Notes: generated from the letters alone by a model not told the origin. A DNA stretch of 32,000 nucleotides from Nakamurella sp. (GCA_965277905.1 CBDIDW010000006.1:83410-115409); one strand, 5' to 3'. Counted from the first letter of the stretch, positions 1-8,315 are shown. Made by a program: numbers and translations.

Positions 1-123
1 GCTGTCGCTCAGGGTGGGAACGGCGCCGTGGAACCGTCGATACCGACTTTTCGGTGACAACGTGGCGTGAAAATCGACCAGCAGAGCGCGCTCGTCACGA
101 CATAGATCCCGGATGTGCATCAT
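1..123 (-). CDS. GNAT-type acetyltransferase-like protein; only the N-terminal 41 codons are visible because the gene runs off the window at position 1
   Basis: ATG at 123-121 follows GGAAAG. Translation is MMHIRDLCRDERALLVDFHATLSPKSRYRRFHGAVPTLSDS. The LSPxSRYxRF motif is typical of one GNAT subfamily (recognised from memory). The fragment is too short for a firm call. Confidence 0.35.
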   Translation of the reverse strand, partial: MMHIRDLCRDERALLVDFHATLSPKSRYRRFHGAVPTLSDS

Positions 124-154
124 GTTCTTTCCGATTCGATGTCGGGATCCGGCG

Positions 155-304
155 CTAGTCCTCACCCTCACAGATGTGGTCTTCGTCTTCGAAGTCCACC
201 GGATCGGTCCGGGTGATCTGGGCCGCCGGCGTTTTCGAGCGAATACGGCGGGTCCGCTTCCAGATCGCCCGTCTGGACTCTGACTGTTTCGAACGTGTAC
301 TCAT
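155..304 (-). CDS. small hypothetical protein (49 aa) with a basic N-terminal half and an acidic C-terminus
   Basis: ATG at 304-302 follows a strong RBS (GAGGAA, 4-nt spacer). Translation is MSTRSKQSESRRAIWKRTRRIRSKTPAAQITRTDPVDFEDEDHICEGED. It lies between the RTX gene stop (357) and the GNAT-like start (123). I recognise no family. Confidence 0.35.
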   Translation of the reverse strand: MSTRSKQSESRRAIWKRTRRIRSKTPAAQITRTDPVDFEDEDHICEGED

Positions 305-356
305 GATTTCCTCAGTAGATATGGATGTTGAAATTCGGAGTTCCGGCCGACCGGGC

Positions 357-1550
357 TCAGCCGTTGGTGATGAGGTCGTGGCCGCCGCGGCCGTCGATGT
401 GGTTGATGCCGGTGCCGCCGTCCAGATCGTCGTCGCCCGGGGTGCCGATGAGCGTGTCGTTGCCGTCGGTGATGTGGCCCGGGACAAAGGGGTTCCCACC
501 ACCGAACTCCGCCAGGTTCACCGTCCCGGCGGCCAGTCCGGTGGCGTCGATCCCGTCATCGCCATCACCACCGAACACGGTCAGCCGGTTCGCGTGGTTG
601 AACAGCAGGGTCTGGTCCCCACCGAAAACGGTGACACCGGACGCCGGCGTTCCCGCCAGCCTGATTCGATCCGGGCCCACCGTCCCGCGGTAGACGACAT
701 CGTCGAAGCCGACACCGGGGCCGGTGTAGGGGGCGAAGTTTACCCGAATCACGGCGTAAGGGGCACCAGCCATATCGTTGAAAGAGACCGTTCGGCGGCT
801 CAAATCGGCGACGTTGACCTTCATGGACTCGAAGCTGCTGACTCCCATCTCGAGCCGAGGCGGGGTGCCGTCGGGGCTGAAGGGGTCCGGCGGGAGGAAG
901 AAGATGGTCTGTGGTCCCTGACCGAAGATCTGCAACAATTCCTCCGGGCCGGCGTTGACGATCAGGGTGTCCGTCCCGTCACCGCCGTCGACGATGTCGT
1001 TGCCGTCACCCGGGTTCCAGGTGAACTGGTCCGAGTCCGCGCCCAGGCTGACGGTATCGATCCCGGTGCCGCCGATGACCTTGTCGTTGCCGCTGCCGCC
1101 GTCGATGGTGTCGTTGCCGGCATTGCCGACGATCGAGTCGGCACCGTTGCCGCCGATCAGGATGTCGTCGCCGGAGCCACCGATCAATGTGTCATTGCCC
1201 TCGCCACCCAGGAACTCGCCCCGCGGCATCACGCCGTTGGTCTCGTCGAAGCTCACGGTGTCGTCACCGCCGGCCCCCTCCACGTGGACGAGGTTCACGT
1301 CGTTCCTCTGAACCGTCCCGCCCAGAACCGCCACACCATTGAGGGTGATGGCATGGGCCGAGGTTTGGCCCACACTGAACGCGTTTCGTGAATCGTCCCC
1401 GATGATGCTCAAAACGCCATGGTCGAACGAAATGGTGGGCGGCGGGGTAGCGCCGGCCGGGGTTGCGAACAACACCCCGGCGGCCGCGGTGGTCAGCGCA
1501 GCGCCCGCCCCCAGGATCGTCCTGCGAAGCCGACGGTTCTCTTTGATCAT
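357..1550 (-). CDS. secreted calcium-binding RTX (hemolysin-type GGxGxD nonapeptide repeat) protein with an N-terminal signal peptide
   Basis: Repeat run GGEGNDTLIGGSGDDILIGGNGADSIVGNAGNDTIDGGSGNDKVIGGTGIDTV, plus a second C-terminal block (GGDGDDGID...GNDTLIGTPGDDDLDGGTGINHIDGRGGHD). The N-terminus MIKENRRLRRTILGAGAALTTAAAGVLFATPAGA looks like a signal peptide. I prefer the ATG at 1550 (GGAG 9 nt upstream) over the TTG at 1565 used by the ORF track. Confidence 0.8.
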   Translation of the reverse strand: MIKENRRLRRTILGAGAALTTAAAGVLFATPAGATPPPTISFDHGVLSIIGDDSRNAFSVGQTSAHAITLNGVAVLGGTVQRNDVNLVHVEGAGGDDTVSFDETNGVMPRGEFLGGEGNDTLIGGSGDDILIGGNGADSIVGNAGNDTIDGGSGNDKVIGGTGIDTVSLGADSDQFTWNPGDGNDIVDGGDGTDTLIVNAGPEELLQIFGQGPQTIFFLPPDPFSPDGTPPRLEMGVSSFESMKVNVADLSRRTVSFNDMAGAPYAVIRVNFAPYTGPGVGFDDVVYRGTVGPDRIRLAGTPASGVTVFGGDQTLLFNHANRLTVFGGDGDDGIDATGLAAGTVNLAEFGGGNPFVPGHITDGNDTLIGTPGDDDLDGGTGINHIDGRGGHDLITNG

Positions 1551-1649
1551 TGCTTTGTTCTCCAAGCTCGAAGTGGTTGTGCTGGGTATACGGAGGAACG
1601 AGCCCGACGGTTCTCATCCATCCCGCAGGCCACGCCAGACCTGTTTCCT

Positions 1650-2015
1650 TCAGCCGGCCACTCGGCGGTGAGCACCATATTCAGGCCGGAGTCGAAGGCC
1701 ACCCGGGCATCGACGAATCCGGCGCCAGTGAACAACTCCAGGCGGCTGCTCGGCCCGCCACAGATGCCCAGCCCACAGCTACCCGGCTGCGCCAACGACG
1801 CCGGCATACACATCCAAGCCGAGACCGCCAAGTTGAGCCGGCCGACCGGGTTGCCGAAGCTGTCGTCCAAACCGATCAGCCGTCCAATGCTCGCCGGCGA
1901 CCACAATTCCGCCCGGGCGCAGCAGCTCGTAGGCCCGGCGCCGCACGGCAGCCCGCTCGCCAAGATCCTCGGGTGTAAATCTCCTAATTAAGTGGTTGAC
2001 GACAAGTCTGAGCAT
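1650..2015 (-). pseudogene. remnant of a class I SAM-dependent methyltransferase, 5'-truncated and frameshifted
   Basis: One frame reads LVVNHLIRRFTPEDLGERAAVRRRAYELLRPGGIVVAGEH (post-motif II/III region). A second frame continues IGRLIGLDDSFGNPVGRLNLAVSAWMCMPASLAQPGSCGLGICGGPSSRLELFTGAGFVDARVAFDSGLNMVLTAEWP (typical methyltransferase C-terminus). The frame switches near 1880-1900. The SAM-binding GxGxG N-terminal half is absent. Confidence 0.6.
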
Positions 2016-2420
2016 CGCATGACGTCGTTCATGGCAACGCCACTCCTTCAGCAGGACCTGGTACGCCCACCCGGTCGCAGGTGCATCAAGGACCACCGGC
2101 CGGTCGTCTCTACCTTCCCAGCCGCCACCTTTGAGCCAGAGTGCAGGGTCGGGCCACGATTTCAGCGCACGCCCAGGAGGCGTGCAGGTCGGAACTGCCC
2201 TCCGACCAGAGGCCAAGTCAGGCGGTAGTAGGAACTGTGATTTCCTGGGCTCTGCTTGCCATCCGGTTCGAGCTGATCGGCTACTTCATCCATAGGGTCC
2301 ACTCGATGATCGGCTGTCCGTGCCAGTCATGGGACACATTGTGGCTCTTGGCAGTTGACTGCGCAGGACGGGTAGGCGCGTCGCGGTTGTGGTCAGGGCG
2401 AGGCCGGGCAGAATTGGTTC

Positions 2421-2612
2421 ATGTCGGGCCTGACGTTTGCCGCGTTGATCTCCCTACCGGCGGGATCGCGGATCGTCGATGCGGTTGGCCAGGAGTGGAT
2501 TTTGAACGGCGACGAGATGTGGGAAGTTCAGGTCGAGGGAGCGCTCGGCCCCAGCGAGCCTCGGTCGGTCTTCAAAGCGTGGGAGCCGCTTGTTCTTCTC
2601 GCACCAGGGTGA
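2421..2612 (+). CDS. possible small hypothetical protein (63 aa)
   Basis: The ORF has protein-like, non-Arg/Pro-biased composition (MSGLTFAALISLPAGSRIVDAVGQEWILNGDEMWEVQVEG...) in a locally lower-GC stretch. It has no clear RBS and I recognise no family. Confidence 0.3.
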   Translation: MSGLTFAALISLPAGSRIVDAVGQEWILNGDEMWEVQVEGALGPSEPRSVFKAWEPLVLLAPG

Positions 2613-2644
2613 AGGCGGTCTAGCTGTCCACCCCGGGATTCGCG

Positions 2645-2968
2645 CTATGCGGCGGCGGTTCGCAGATAACGACGGATGGCTTTCTCAGCGGCGGGGCGTT
2701 GCTCGTGGGGGATGCGTTGTTCAGTCAGCAGGTACGCGACGTAGGCGTCGTCGCTGACGAACTCCTCGCGGCTTCGCAACGACGGGTCCACGGCAAGGAC
2801 CGGCGTCGCACTCATGAGTTGCTTCGCCGCCCGATAAGCACCGGGGTCGTCCCGGGCGACCGCCCGCAACCATTCCGGTGATGCCCGATGGTCCAGCTCG
2901 TCCAACGTGAGCGTGAGTTGGGCGGCCTCGACCTGCGCGGTCGTGAACTGACCACTCGTCGTACTCAC
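2645..2968 (-). CDS. hypothetical protein (107 aa), second gene of a coupled pair
   Basis: The GTG start overlaps the stop of the upstream gene (GTGA at 2965-2968). Composition is plausible for a protein. I recognise no family. Confidence 0.55.
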   Translation of the reverse strand: MSTTSGQFTTAQVEAAQLTLTLDELDHRASPEWLRAVARDDPGAYRAAKQLMSATPVLAVDPSLRSREEFVSDDAYVAYLLTEQRIPHEQRPAAEKAIRRYLRTAAA

Positions 2969-3345
2969 CGTCCACCGCCTTCCATGCCACCGGGTTCGGC
3001 CCGTGTCTCTGTCTCAGTATCCGCCCCGGGCGTGGTCGGGTCCAGGGATCTCACGATTGACCGGGCCGCCGCCCTAGCTAGAGCCCGGTCCTCCGGAGTG
3101 GCCATGTCGGATCGAACCAGTTCATTCAGCATGGCCAACCCCACCGCGGACACCACCTCACCGTCGCCGGCCGCGGCCGTCAGCGCCCATTGCATGCGGC
3201 GCCACCACTCCTCCCGACGAGCCGCGATCTCGCGTTGGGCGGTTGCTTCGGTGGTCGCCCTCGCGTTGCGCAGTCCCACGGCACGGGCGACCAACACGGT
3301 CGCCACCCCGATGAGCAATTGCACGCCGGCGGTCAACCACAACAC
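2965..3345 (-). CDS. hypothetical N-terminally membrane-anchored protein (126 aa)
   Basis: GTG start. The N-terminal hydrophobic helix LWLTAGVQLLIGVATVLVARAV is followed by a helical soluble part (EIAARREEWWRRMQWALTAAAG...). It lies 63 nt downstream of the recombinase-like gene on the same strand. Confidence 0.55.
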   Translation of the reverse strand: MLWLTAGVQLLIGVATVLVARAVGLRNARATTEATAQREIAARREEWWRRMQWALTAAAGDGEVVSAVGLAMLNELVRSDMATPEDRALARAAARSIVRSLDPTTPGADTETETRAEPGGMEGGGR

Positions 3346-3408
3346 CGCCGCAATGTAACGGTCCCGACCCGGCCCACTCCCGCCAGCCGGTCTTGATCAC
3401 GTTGGCAC

Positions 3409-4440
3409 TCACGCGGGACCGGTCAACAACTCCCGGCTACGCCGCTCCAGCTCCTTGGCCTTCTCGTCCAGGTCGTCGAGGAGGACGTCGAGGCTGGCCA
3501 GGCGTTCCCGGTCGGCGTTGCGTCGATCGACGCCGGCCTGCCAGTCGGCCTGCGTGTACGGCCTGCGTTCCGGGACCGGCTCGGCTTCGTCCTGCTGCAT
3601 TAGACGCGGTTGCTCGAGCGGGGCCCGGCGGCGTCGGATGATCCGGTGTGGTGGGTGTCGGCCAGCGCCGTGGTCGCGGGCCAGCCGGGACAAAGACCAC
3701 GGACGCAGCGGGTCAGGTTCGATGGCGGTGGCACCCCACTGGTCGGCCGGCGCGAGCAGCGCAGTATTCATCGTGAGACGGTTCGGTGACGGCGGGGTGG
3801 TGCACGTATGGGCTGACTTGGGGGTGACCTGCGGAGCGCCTTCAAGGACGTCGCCAACCCGTTGGAAGGTCACCGCCAGATCCATCGCCTCGACCCAGCG
3901 GGCCAGTGCGCAGGGGCCGCACGCGATCGGATCGCCGACCGGTTGGATCGTCACCGGCCCGGCCGCGGTGCTGACCCGGGCGGCGCCGTCAGCAGTGAAG
4001 GTGATGTCGCCGACGGTGAGGCGTGCGATCTGCCGGTACGACAGCCCGGCCACGTGCGCGACGACGAGCAGGGCCCGGTCGCGGCGGCCGAACCAGCCCT
4101 GAGTCCAGCCCTGCGACGGCAACGCCCGCAGCGCCGCTTCGACCCGCTCCGCGGTGACGGTCTGCCGGACCGGCCGGGCCGGCCGGCCGCGCAATACATC
4201 CCGCAGCTCGTCCGTCTTCACCAGCGTCGGGAAGCCGGCGGCCCGGGCGGCCGCGTCGATCGCCCGAACCCGTTTCGTCCACGTCGCCGGCTTGGCGGGG
4301 CAGTCCTTCAGGAACGCCGTGACGGTTTCGAGCTCGAGGGGCAGCGGCTGGCTTCCGCTGACCGCGCACCAGTCCAGGAACAGCAGCCACTCCCCCGCCA
4401 CCACCGGTATCGCCGGCGCAGGTAACGGGTCGGTGGCCAT
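3409..4440 (-). CDS. tyrosine-recombinase-like protein lacking the catalytic C-terminal H-x-x-R / Tyr region (343 aa)
   Basis: The ATG at 4440 lies 2 nt after the integrase stop. It shares with the integrase an N-terminal SAM-like core-binding region, the first Arg box (RRDRALLVVAHVAGLSYRQIARLTVGDI) and the CGPCALARW motif (integrase: CPPCAYVRW). There is no HSLRxG or GHxxxxxxxxY motif. The C-terminus is a charged coiled-coil-like tail. The 780-aa track ORF is an out-of-frame read-through artefact. Confidence 0.7.
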   Translation of the reverse strand: MATDPLPAPAIPVVAGEWLLFLDWCAVSGSQPLPLELETVTAFLKDCPAKPATWTKRVRAIDAAARAAGFPTLVKTDELRDVLRGRPARPVRQTVTAERVEAALRALPSQGWTQGWFGRRDRALLVVAHVAGLSYRQIARLTVGDITFTADGAARVSTAAGPVTIQPVGDPIACGPCALARWVEAMDLAVTFQRVGDVLEGAPQVTPKSAHTCTTPPSPNRLTMNTALLAPADQWGATAIEPDPLRPWSLSRLARDHGAGRHPPHRIIRRRRAPLEQPRLMQQDEAEPVPERRPYTQADWQAGVDRRNADRERLASLDVLLDDLDEKAKELERRSRELLTGPA

Positions 4441-4442
4441 GG

Positions 4443-5681
4443 TCAGAGTCCGAGTTTGGTGACGGCGTTGCCGACCAGGGGGGCGTGTTCGCGGGCGTAG
4501 GTCTCCAGTTGGGCGGGGTTGCGGTGCCCGGTCTGCCGCATGATCGCGTGCGGGTCGGCGCCGGCCCGAAACGCCTCGGTCACGAACCCGGCCCTGAGCG
4601 AATGGCCGCCCAGGCGGGCGATCTGGGTGGCGGTGAACCCGGCGTAGTTGGCGCGGCGGGCGATGACCTGGTTGATCGCGTGTCCCGACATCGGGTCGCG
4701 GTTGATCCGGCCGATCCGGTGCACCGTCCGAAACACCGGCAGGGGGGCGGCGTCGGGGCGGGCGGGGAGTTCGGCGCGGCACACATGCCCATCCCCACCC
4801 ACCAGCCCGGCCTGGCGGCGGAGCTCGCTCCACACCGCCTGGCGTTGGCCAGCGGTGTCGTCGGGGTCGCAGCCGTCGGCGGCGTCGACCAGCAGCCGCC
4901 ACCGCACATACGCGCACGGCGGGCACGTGGCCGGGTCGCGGCCGTAGGGGATGGCCTTGACCTGGCCCTGCGCCTCCTGGTCCGTCTTTGACGACCGGAT
5001 CCGCAGATGCAGCCCGTCCGGCTGATGCTGGATGACGTCGGCCAGACGCAGGGCGGTGAGTTCGGAGCGCCGGCAGGCGGAGGTGAACCCGAGCAGCAGC
5101 AACGCCGTGTCGCGGCGAGCGGAGACGCCGGCCGACCACAATCCGAAGTCCCCCGTCATCGACGCCACCAGTGTCTTGACGTCGTCCAGTAGCAGCGGGG
5201 TCCGCCGCCGCGGCGGTGTGGCCCTCAACCGGCGGACACCGGACAGGGCGCGGCGGACGATCTCGTTGCGGCCGGGCGAGTCCACGCCGGCGGCAGTGTG
5301 GAACTGGTTGATCGAGGACACCCACCGGGTCAACGTGGCCGGGGCGTAGGCCCACTCCCCCATCACCGTCCGGGCCGCGGCCGCCTCCGTCACATACGCC
5401 GCCACCACCAGCGGATGCGCCGGCAACGCCGAATGCCCATGCTCCAGCGCCCAAGCGTGGAAGCGGGCCCAATCCGAGCGGTACGCGGCCTTGGTATTGA
5501 CCGCAGTGGACGCGTCCACCGCCGCCCACACCCGGGCCAGCTCCCCCTCGCCCAGCCCAGCAGAGCCGACCGCCTCCGGCCCGGCCGTGTCTAGCTCGGC
5601 GACCATGGCCGACCGGGCGGCGGAGGCGAGGTCGGCCAGGATCTGTCGCGGATTCGCGGTCTCTTCGCCGCTGGTCAGCAC
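4443..5681 (-). CDS. int: site-specific tyrosine recombinase / integrase (phage integrase family)
   Basis: Catalytic motifs are present: ARRDTALLLLGFTSACRRSELTALRLADV (Arg I), GGHSLRAGFVTEA (H-x-x-R) and TGHRNPAQLETYAR (His/Tyr). The GTG start at 5681 has GGGAGG 10 nt upstream. The gene is adjacent to the 3' end of tRNA-Lys. Confidence 0.9.
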   Translation of the reverse strand: MLTSGEETANPRQILADLASAARSAMVAELDTAGPEAVGSAGLGEGELARVWAAVDASTAVNTKAAYRSDWARFHAWALEHGHSALPAHPLVVAAYVTEAAAARTVMGEWAYAPATLTRWVSSINQFHTAAGVDSPGRNEIVRRALSGVRRLRATPPRRRTPLLLDDVKTLVASMTGDFGLWSAGVSARRDTALLLLGFTSACRRSELTALRLADVIQHQPDGLHLRIRSSKTDQEAQGQVKAIPYGRDPATCPPCAYVRWRLLVDAADGCDPDDTAGQRQAVWSELRRQAGLVGGDGHVCRAELPARPDAAPLPVFRTVHRIGRINRDPMSGHAINQVIARRANYAGFTATQIARLGGHSLRAGFVTEAFRAGADPHAIMRQTGHRNPAQLETYAREHAPLVGNAVTKLGL

Positions 5682-5957
5682 CTGCCGAACACCTCCCGCC
5701 GCTGGTCACGCCGCCTAAAGGCCGCCCGAAAAAGATCTTCGCGCACATCACCAGGGTAGGGACTAGTCAGTAACACCCTACCGGCGGTGACCTACGATAA
5801 TAGAACATTATGCTACATATGTTCGACTGCGTCGGAGATGTTCGAGCCACGCGGTTCACCGGCGGTCAAAGGACAAGCCAGCGTGTTCCCGCCGCGCGTA
5901 ATGGCCTACTTCGGGGACGGGACAGGCGGTCCTTGAGGCCCCGGAAATTCGAATATG

Positions 5958-6030
<73 letters not shown>

Positions 6031-6139
6031 GTACCCGCCGTCGACGGCGTGCCCGGCAACCTTACAGGGTGAGGGCGTTGCCTCGCGAACCACGACCCCC
6101 CTTGGGCTTCGCCCCCAGCGCCTGGGGAAGGATCCTGGC

Positions 6140-6943
6140 GTGGACACGACTTCGGCGGAACAGCAAGGCGAACGCATCAAGCAGTCCCGCACGTTCGAGG
6201 TGTTGGTCACTGTGGGGCTGATCAGCTTCGGTGTCGTGCACGTGGGTATCGCGATCATCGCGTTGCAGATTGCTTTCACCGGCGGGGGTCCCGAGGCGTC
6301 CCAACAGGGCGCGTTCGGCGAGCTGGCCAAGCACCCGCCCGGGGTGGTCATGCTCCTCATCCTGAGCCTGGGCTTCCTGGCCCTGACCGCCTGGCAGGTT
6401 CTGCTCGCGGTCATCGGGTACCGGGAGTTCTCGGGCGGCAAGCGGACCTTCAAGCGGCTCTCGTCGGCCGGACGGGCCGTGGTCTACCTGCTGCTGGCCA
6501 TCAGCGCGATCACCACCGTGGTCAGGGGCCAGCAGTCCGGCGACGCCAAGTCGCAGAGCCTGACTGCGCGCCTGATGTCGGTGCCCTTCGGGCAGATCCT
6601 GGTCGTCATCGTCGGCCTGGCCGTGGTCGGGGTCGGCGGCTCCCTGATCTACCGCGGCGCCAAGAAGAAATTCACCGAGGACCTCGACGGAAATGTCGGC
6701 AGCACGGTGCTGCGCCTGGGTCAGGTCGGCTACATCGCCAAGGGCACTGCCTACGCCATCGTCGGGGTGCTGTTCGTGATCGCCGGCATCACCTACGACC
6801 CCAAGAAGGCATCGGGCCTGGACGGGGCACTGCGGACGCTGCGCAACGAACCGTTCGGCGTCGTTCTACTCATCCTGGTGGGGCTGGGGATCGCGTCCTT
6901 CGGGGTGTACTGCTTCGCCTGGTCCCGGCACGCGAAGCGGTGA
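6140..6943 (+). CDS. DUF1206 domain-containing integral membrane protein
   Basis: GTG start with GGAAGGA 7 nt upstream. There are three repeats of paired TM helices with the G-x-x-Y/H motif (GLISFGVVHVGIA, AGRAVVYLLLAI, IAKGTAYAIVGVLFV), which I recognise as characteristic of DUF1206. Confidence 0.8.
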   Translation: MDTTSAEQQGERIKQSRTFEVLVTVGLISFGVVHVGIAIIALQIAFTGGGPEASQQGAFGELAKHPPGVVMLLILSLGFLALTAWQVLLAVIGYREFSGGKRTFKRLSSAGRAVVYLLLAISAITTVVRGQQSGDAKSQSLTARLMSVPFGQILVVIVGLAVVGVGGSLIYRGAKKKFTEDLDGNVGSTVLRLGQVGYIAKGTAYAIVGVLFVIAGITYDPKKASGLDGALRTLRNEPFGVVLLILVGLGIASFGVYCFAWSRHAKR

Positions 6944-6947
6944 ACCG

Positions 6948-8315
6948 CTACAGCGCTGACAAGGCCTGCCATTGCGACCAGGACAGCGTCCAATCGAACA
7001 GGTCCCCATCGTTGGCCGACAGCTGCACGCTTGTCCCGGTGACTTCCACCGGATCCCCGATCAGCGCGGACTTGAAGTAGGACTGCGCGCTCGACGGGGA
7101 CATGTTGATGCAGCCGTGGGAGACGTTGGTGTTTCCCTGATCCCCCACGGTGTTGGGGTTTTCGTGGATGAACTCGCCGTTGTTGCTGATCCGGACGTCC
7201 CAGAACTCGACCGAGTGGGTGTACCCGTAGGCCGGATTACTCATCGAGTGCACCGGGAGCATTTCGTTGACCACATGGATGCCGGACCGGGTGACCCGAT
7301 TCGGGTCGTTCATCTCGTCACCGCTGCCGTAGGACGCCAGGTAGGTGGTGCTGGTGCCGGTGCAGGCCCCCGGGTCGTTCATGCCCTTGCAGCCGGTCTT
7401 GACCACGATGTTGTACGACTTGGCGTCGGCGTAGACGACTTGGCTGCGGCCGATGGTGAAGTCGCTGGTCAGGTCGGACGAGACGTAATTGCCGGCGGAC
7501 AGCCGTATTCCATAGATCTTGGCGTCCACGTGGACCTTGGTGTTGGCCGGCCAGTAGTCCTTCGGGCGCCAGTCGATGCCCCAGCCGTCGTCGTGGTGGA
7601 TCCAGCCCCAGCTGCCCTGCACGTTCGGCGTGGTGGTGATGGTCAACGCCTTCTCGATGGCGGCCTTGTCCGTTGGCTCGACCGGGAAGCGGATGATCAC
7701 CGGCTGAGCGACCCCGACGATCTCGCCGTCACCGGGGGTGACGTTGGCGCCGGCCTCCATGTCCTCGCCGACCGTGGTGAACGTGCCCGTGATGGCCACG
7801 TTCTTGCCGTCGGTGCCGACCGCGGTGCCGGTGGCGGTATAGGTCTTGCCGAAGCCCAACACCTCGCCCAGGGTCCAGGACTTCTTGTCCGCGGAGAGCG
7901 CGCCCTTGACCACTTTGCCGGTGGCGTTGGTCAGCGCCAACGTCGTGATGGTGCCGTCGGCCACGCTGATCTTGATGGCCGTCGCGGGGGAAAGGTCGTG
8001 CGAGCCGAGCACCGGAGCCGACGTCACCTTCGCGGCCGGCAGCACGGGGGTCGGGCTGGCGCTGGTGGTCGGGGTGGAGGACAACGACGCCGACGGATTC
8101 GAGGGCGGCGCGCTCGAGCCGTCGCTGCCCCCCGAGGATGACCCGGAGACGTCGGGCACCGTCACGGCCGAGCTCGGCGGCAGGACCTGCGGGCTCTGGG
8201 TCGTGATCGTGCCCGTCGACGAGGACTGACCCGAACCGGACGTCGTCGACGAGGTGCAACCCGCCAGCAGGGCTCCGACCAGAACGGCCGCCCCCAGGCA
8301 CCAATACCGACGCAC
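6948..8315 (-). CDS. L,D-transpeptidase lipoprotein (YkuD catalytic domain with Ig-like N-terminal domains)
   Basis: The catalytic motif is GEFIHENPNTVGDQGNTNVSHGCINM. The GTG start at 8315 gives VRRYWCLGAAVLVGALLAGC with the lipobox LLAGC, followed by an ~85-aa Ser/Thr/Pro-rich linker. The track start at 8768 adds an implausible Arg-rich extension. Confidence 0.9.
   Translation of the reverse strand: MRRYWCLGAAVLVGALLAGCTSSTTSGSGQSSSTGTITTQSPQVLPPSSAVTVPDVSGSSSGGSDGSSAPPSNPSASLSSTPTTSASPTPVLPAAKVTSAPVLGSHDLSPATAIKISVADGTITTLALTNATGKVVKGALSADKKSWTLGEVLGFGKTYTATGTAVGTDGKNVAITGTFTTVGEDMEAGANVTPGDGEIVGVAQPVIIRFPVEPTDKAAIEKALTITTTPNVQGSWGWIHHDDGWGIDWRPKDYWPANTKVHVDAKIYGIRLSAGNYVSSDLTSDFTIGRSQVVYADAKSYNIVVKTGCKGMNDPGACTGTSTTYLASYGSGDEMNDPNRVTRSGIHVVNEMLPVHSMSNPAYGYTHSVEFWDVRISNNGEFIHENPNTVGDQGNTNVSHGCINMSPSSAQSYFKSALIGDPVEVTGTSVQLSANDGDLFDWTLSWSQWQALSAL

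Larger units (their letters stand above)
2645..5957 (-). mobile_element. tRNA-Lys-adjacent integrase module (integrative element or its remnant); the distal boundary is not identifiable in the window
   Basis: The integrase gene faces the 3' end of tRNA-Lys(CTT) across an AT-rich 276-nt spacer. It is followed by three co-oriented genes of unknown function and then a zone of gene fragments. I found no copy of the tRNA 3' segment at lower coordinates by eye. Confidence 0.45.

Noticed and set aside
174-1391. 405-aa plus-strand ORF opposite the RTX gene
   Set aside because: It is the antisense frame of a well-supported gene. It has a monotonous V/G/R/A composition and no recognisable motifs, which is typical of a high-GC shadow ORF.
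1-5700. Search for an attL/attR direct repeat matching the 3' part of tRNA-Lys
   Set aside because: By eye I found only trivial 6-nt matches (for example ATTAAG near 1986). There is no convincing repeat, so no att site is reported.
3409-5751. 780-aa ORF in the track spanning both recombinase genes
   Set aside because: Its N-terminal 437 residues are an Arg/Pro/Gly-rich out-of-frame reading across the integrase gene. The real gene starts at the internal ATG at 4440 (MATDPLPAPA...), 2 nt after the integrase stop.
5803-5824. GAACAT-N10-ATGTTC inverted repeat, considered as a possible actinobacterial LexA/SOS box
   Set aside because: The SOS box I know for this phylum has GAAC and GTTC separated by 4 nt (TCGAAC-N4-GTTCGA). 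Here they are 14 nt apart. I keep it only as an unspecified inverted repeat in the int-tRNA spacer.
6036-6049. Perfect 14-bp palindrome CGCCGTCGACGGCG just upstream of tRNA-Lys
   Set aside because: It is a single short GC-rich palindrome containing a SalI-type core. It could be a protein site or chance, and nothing further supports a call.
6972-8141. 389-aa plus-strand ORF opposite the L,D-transpeptidase gene
   Set aside because: It is antisense to a gene with a clear YkuD active site and lipobox, and its composition is low-complexity.
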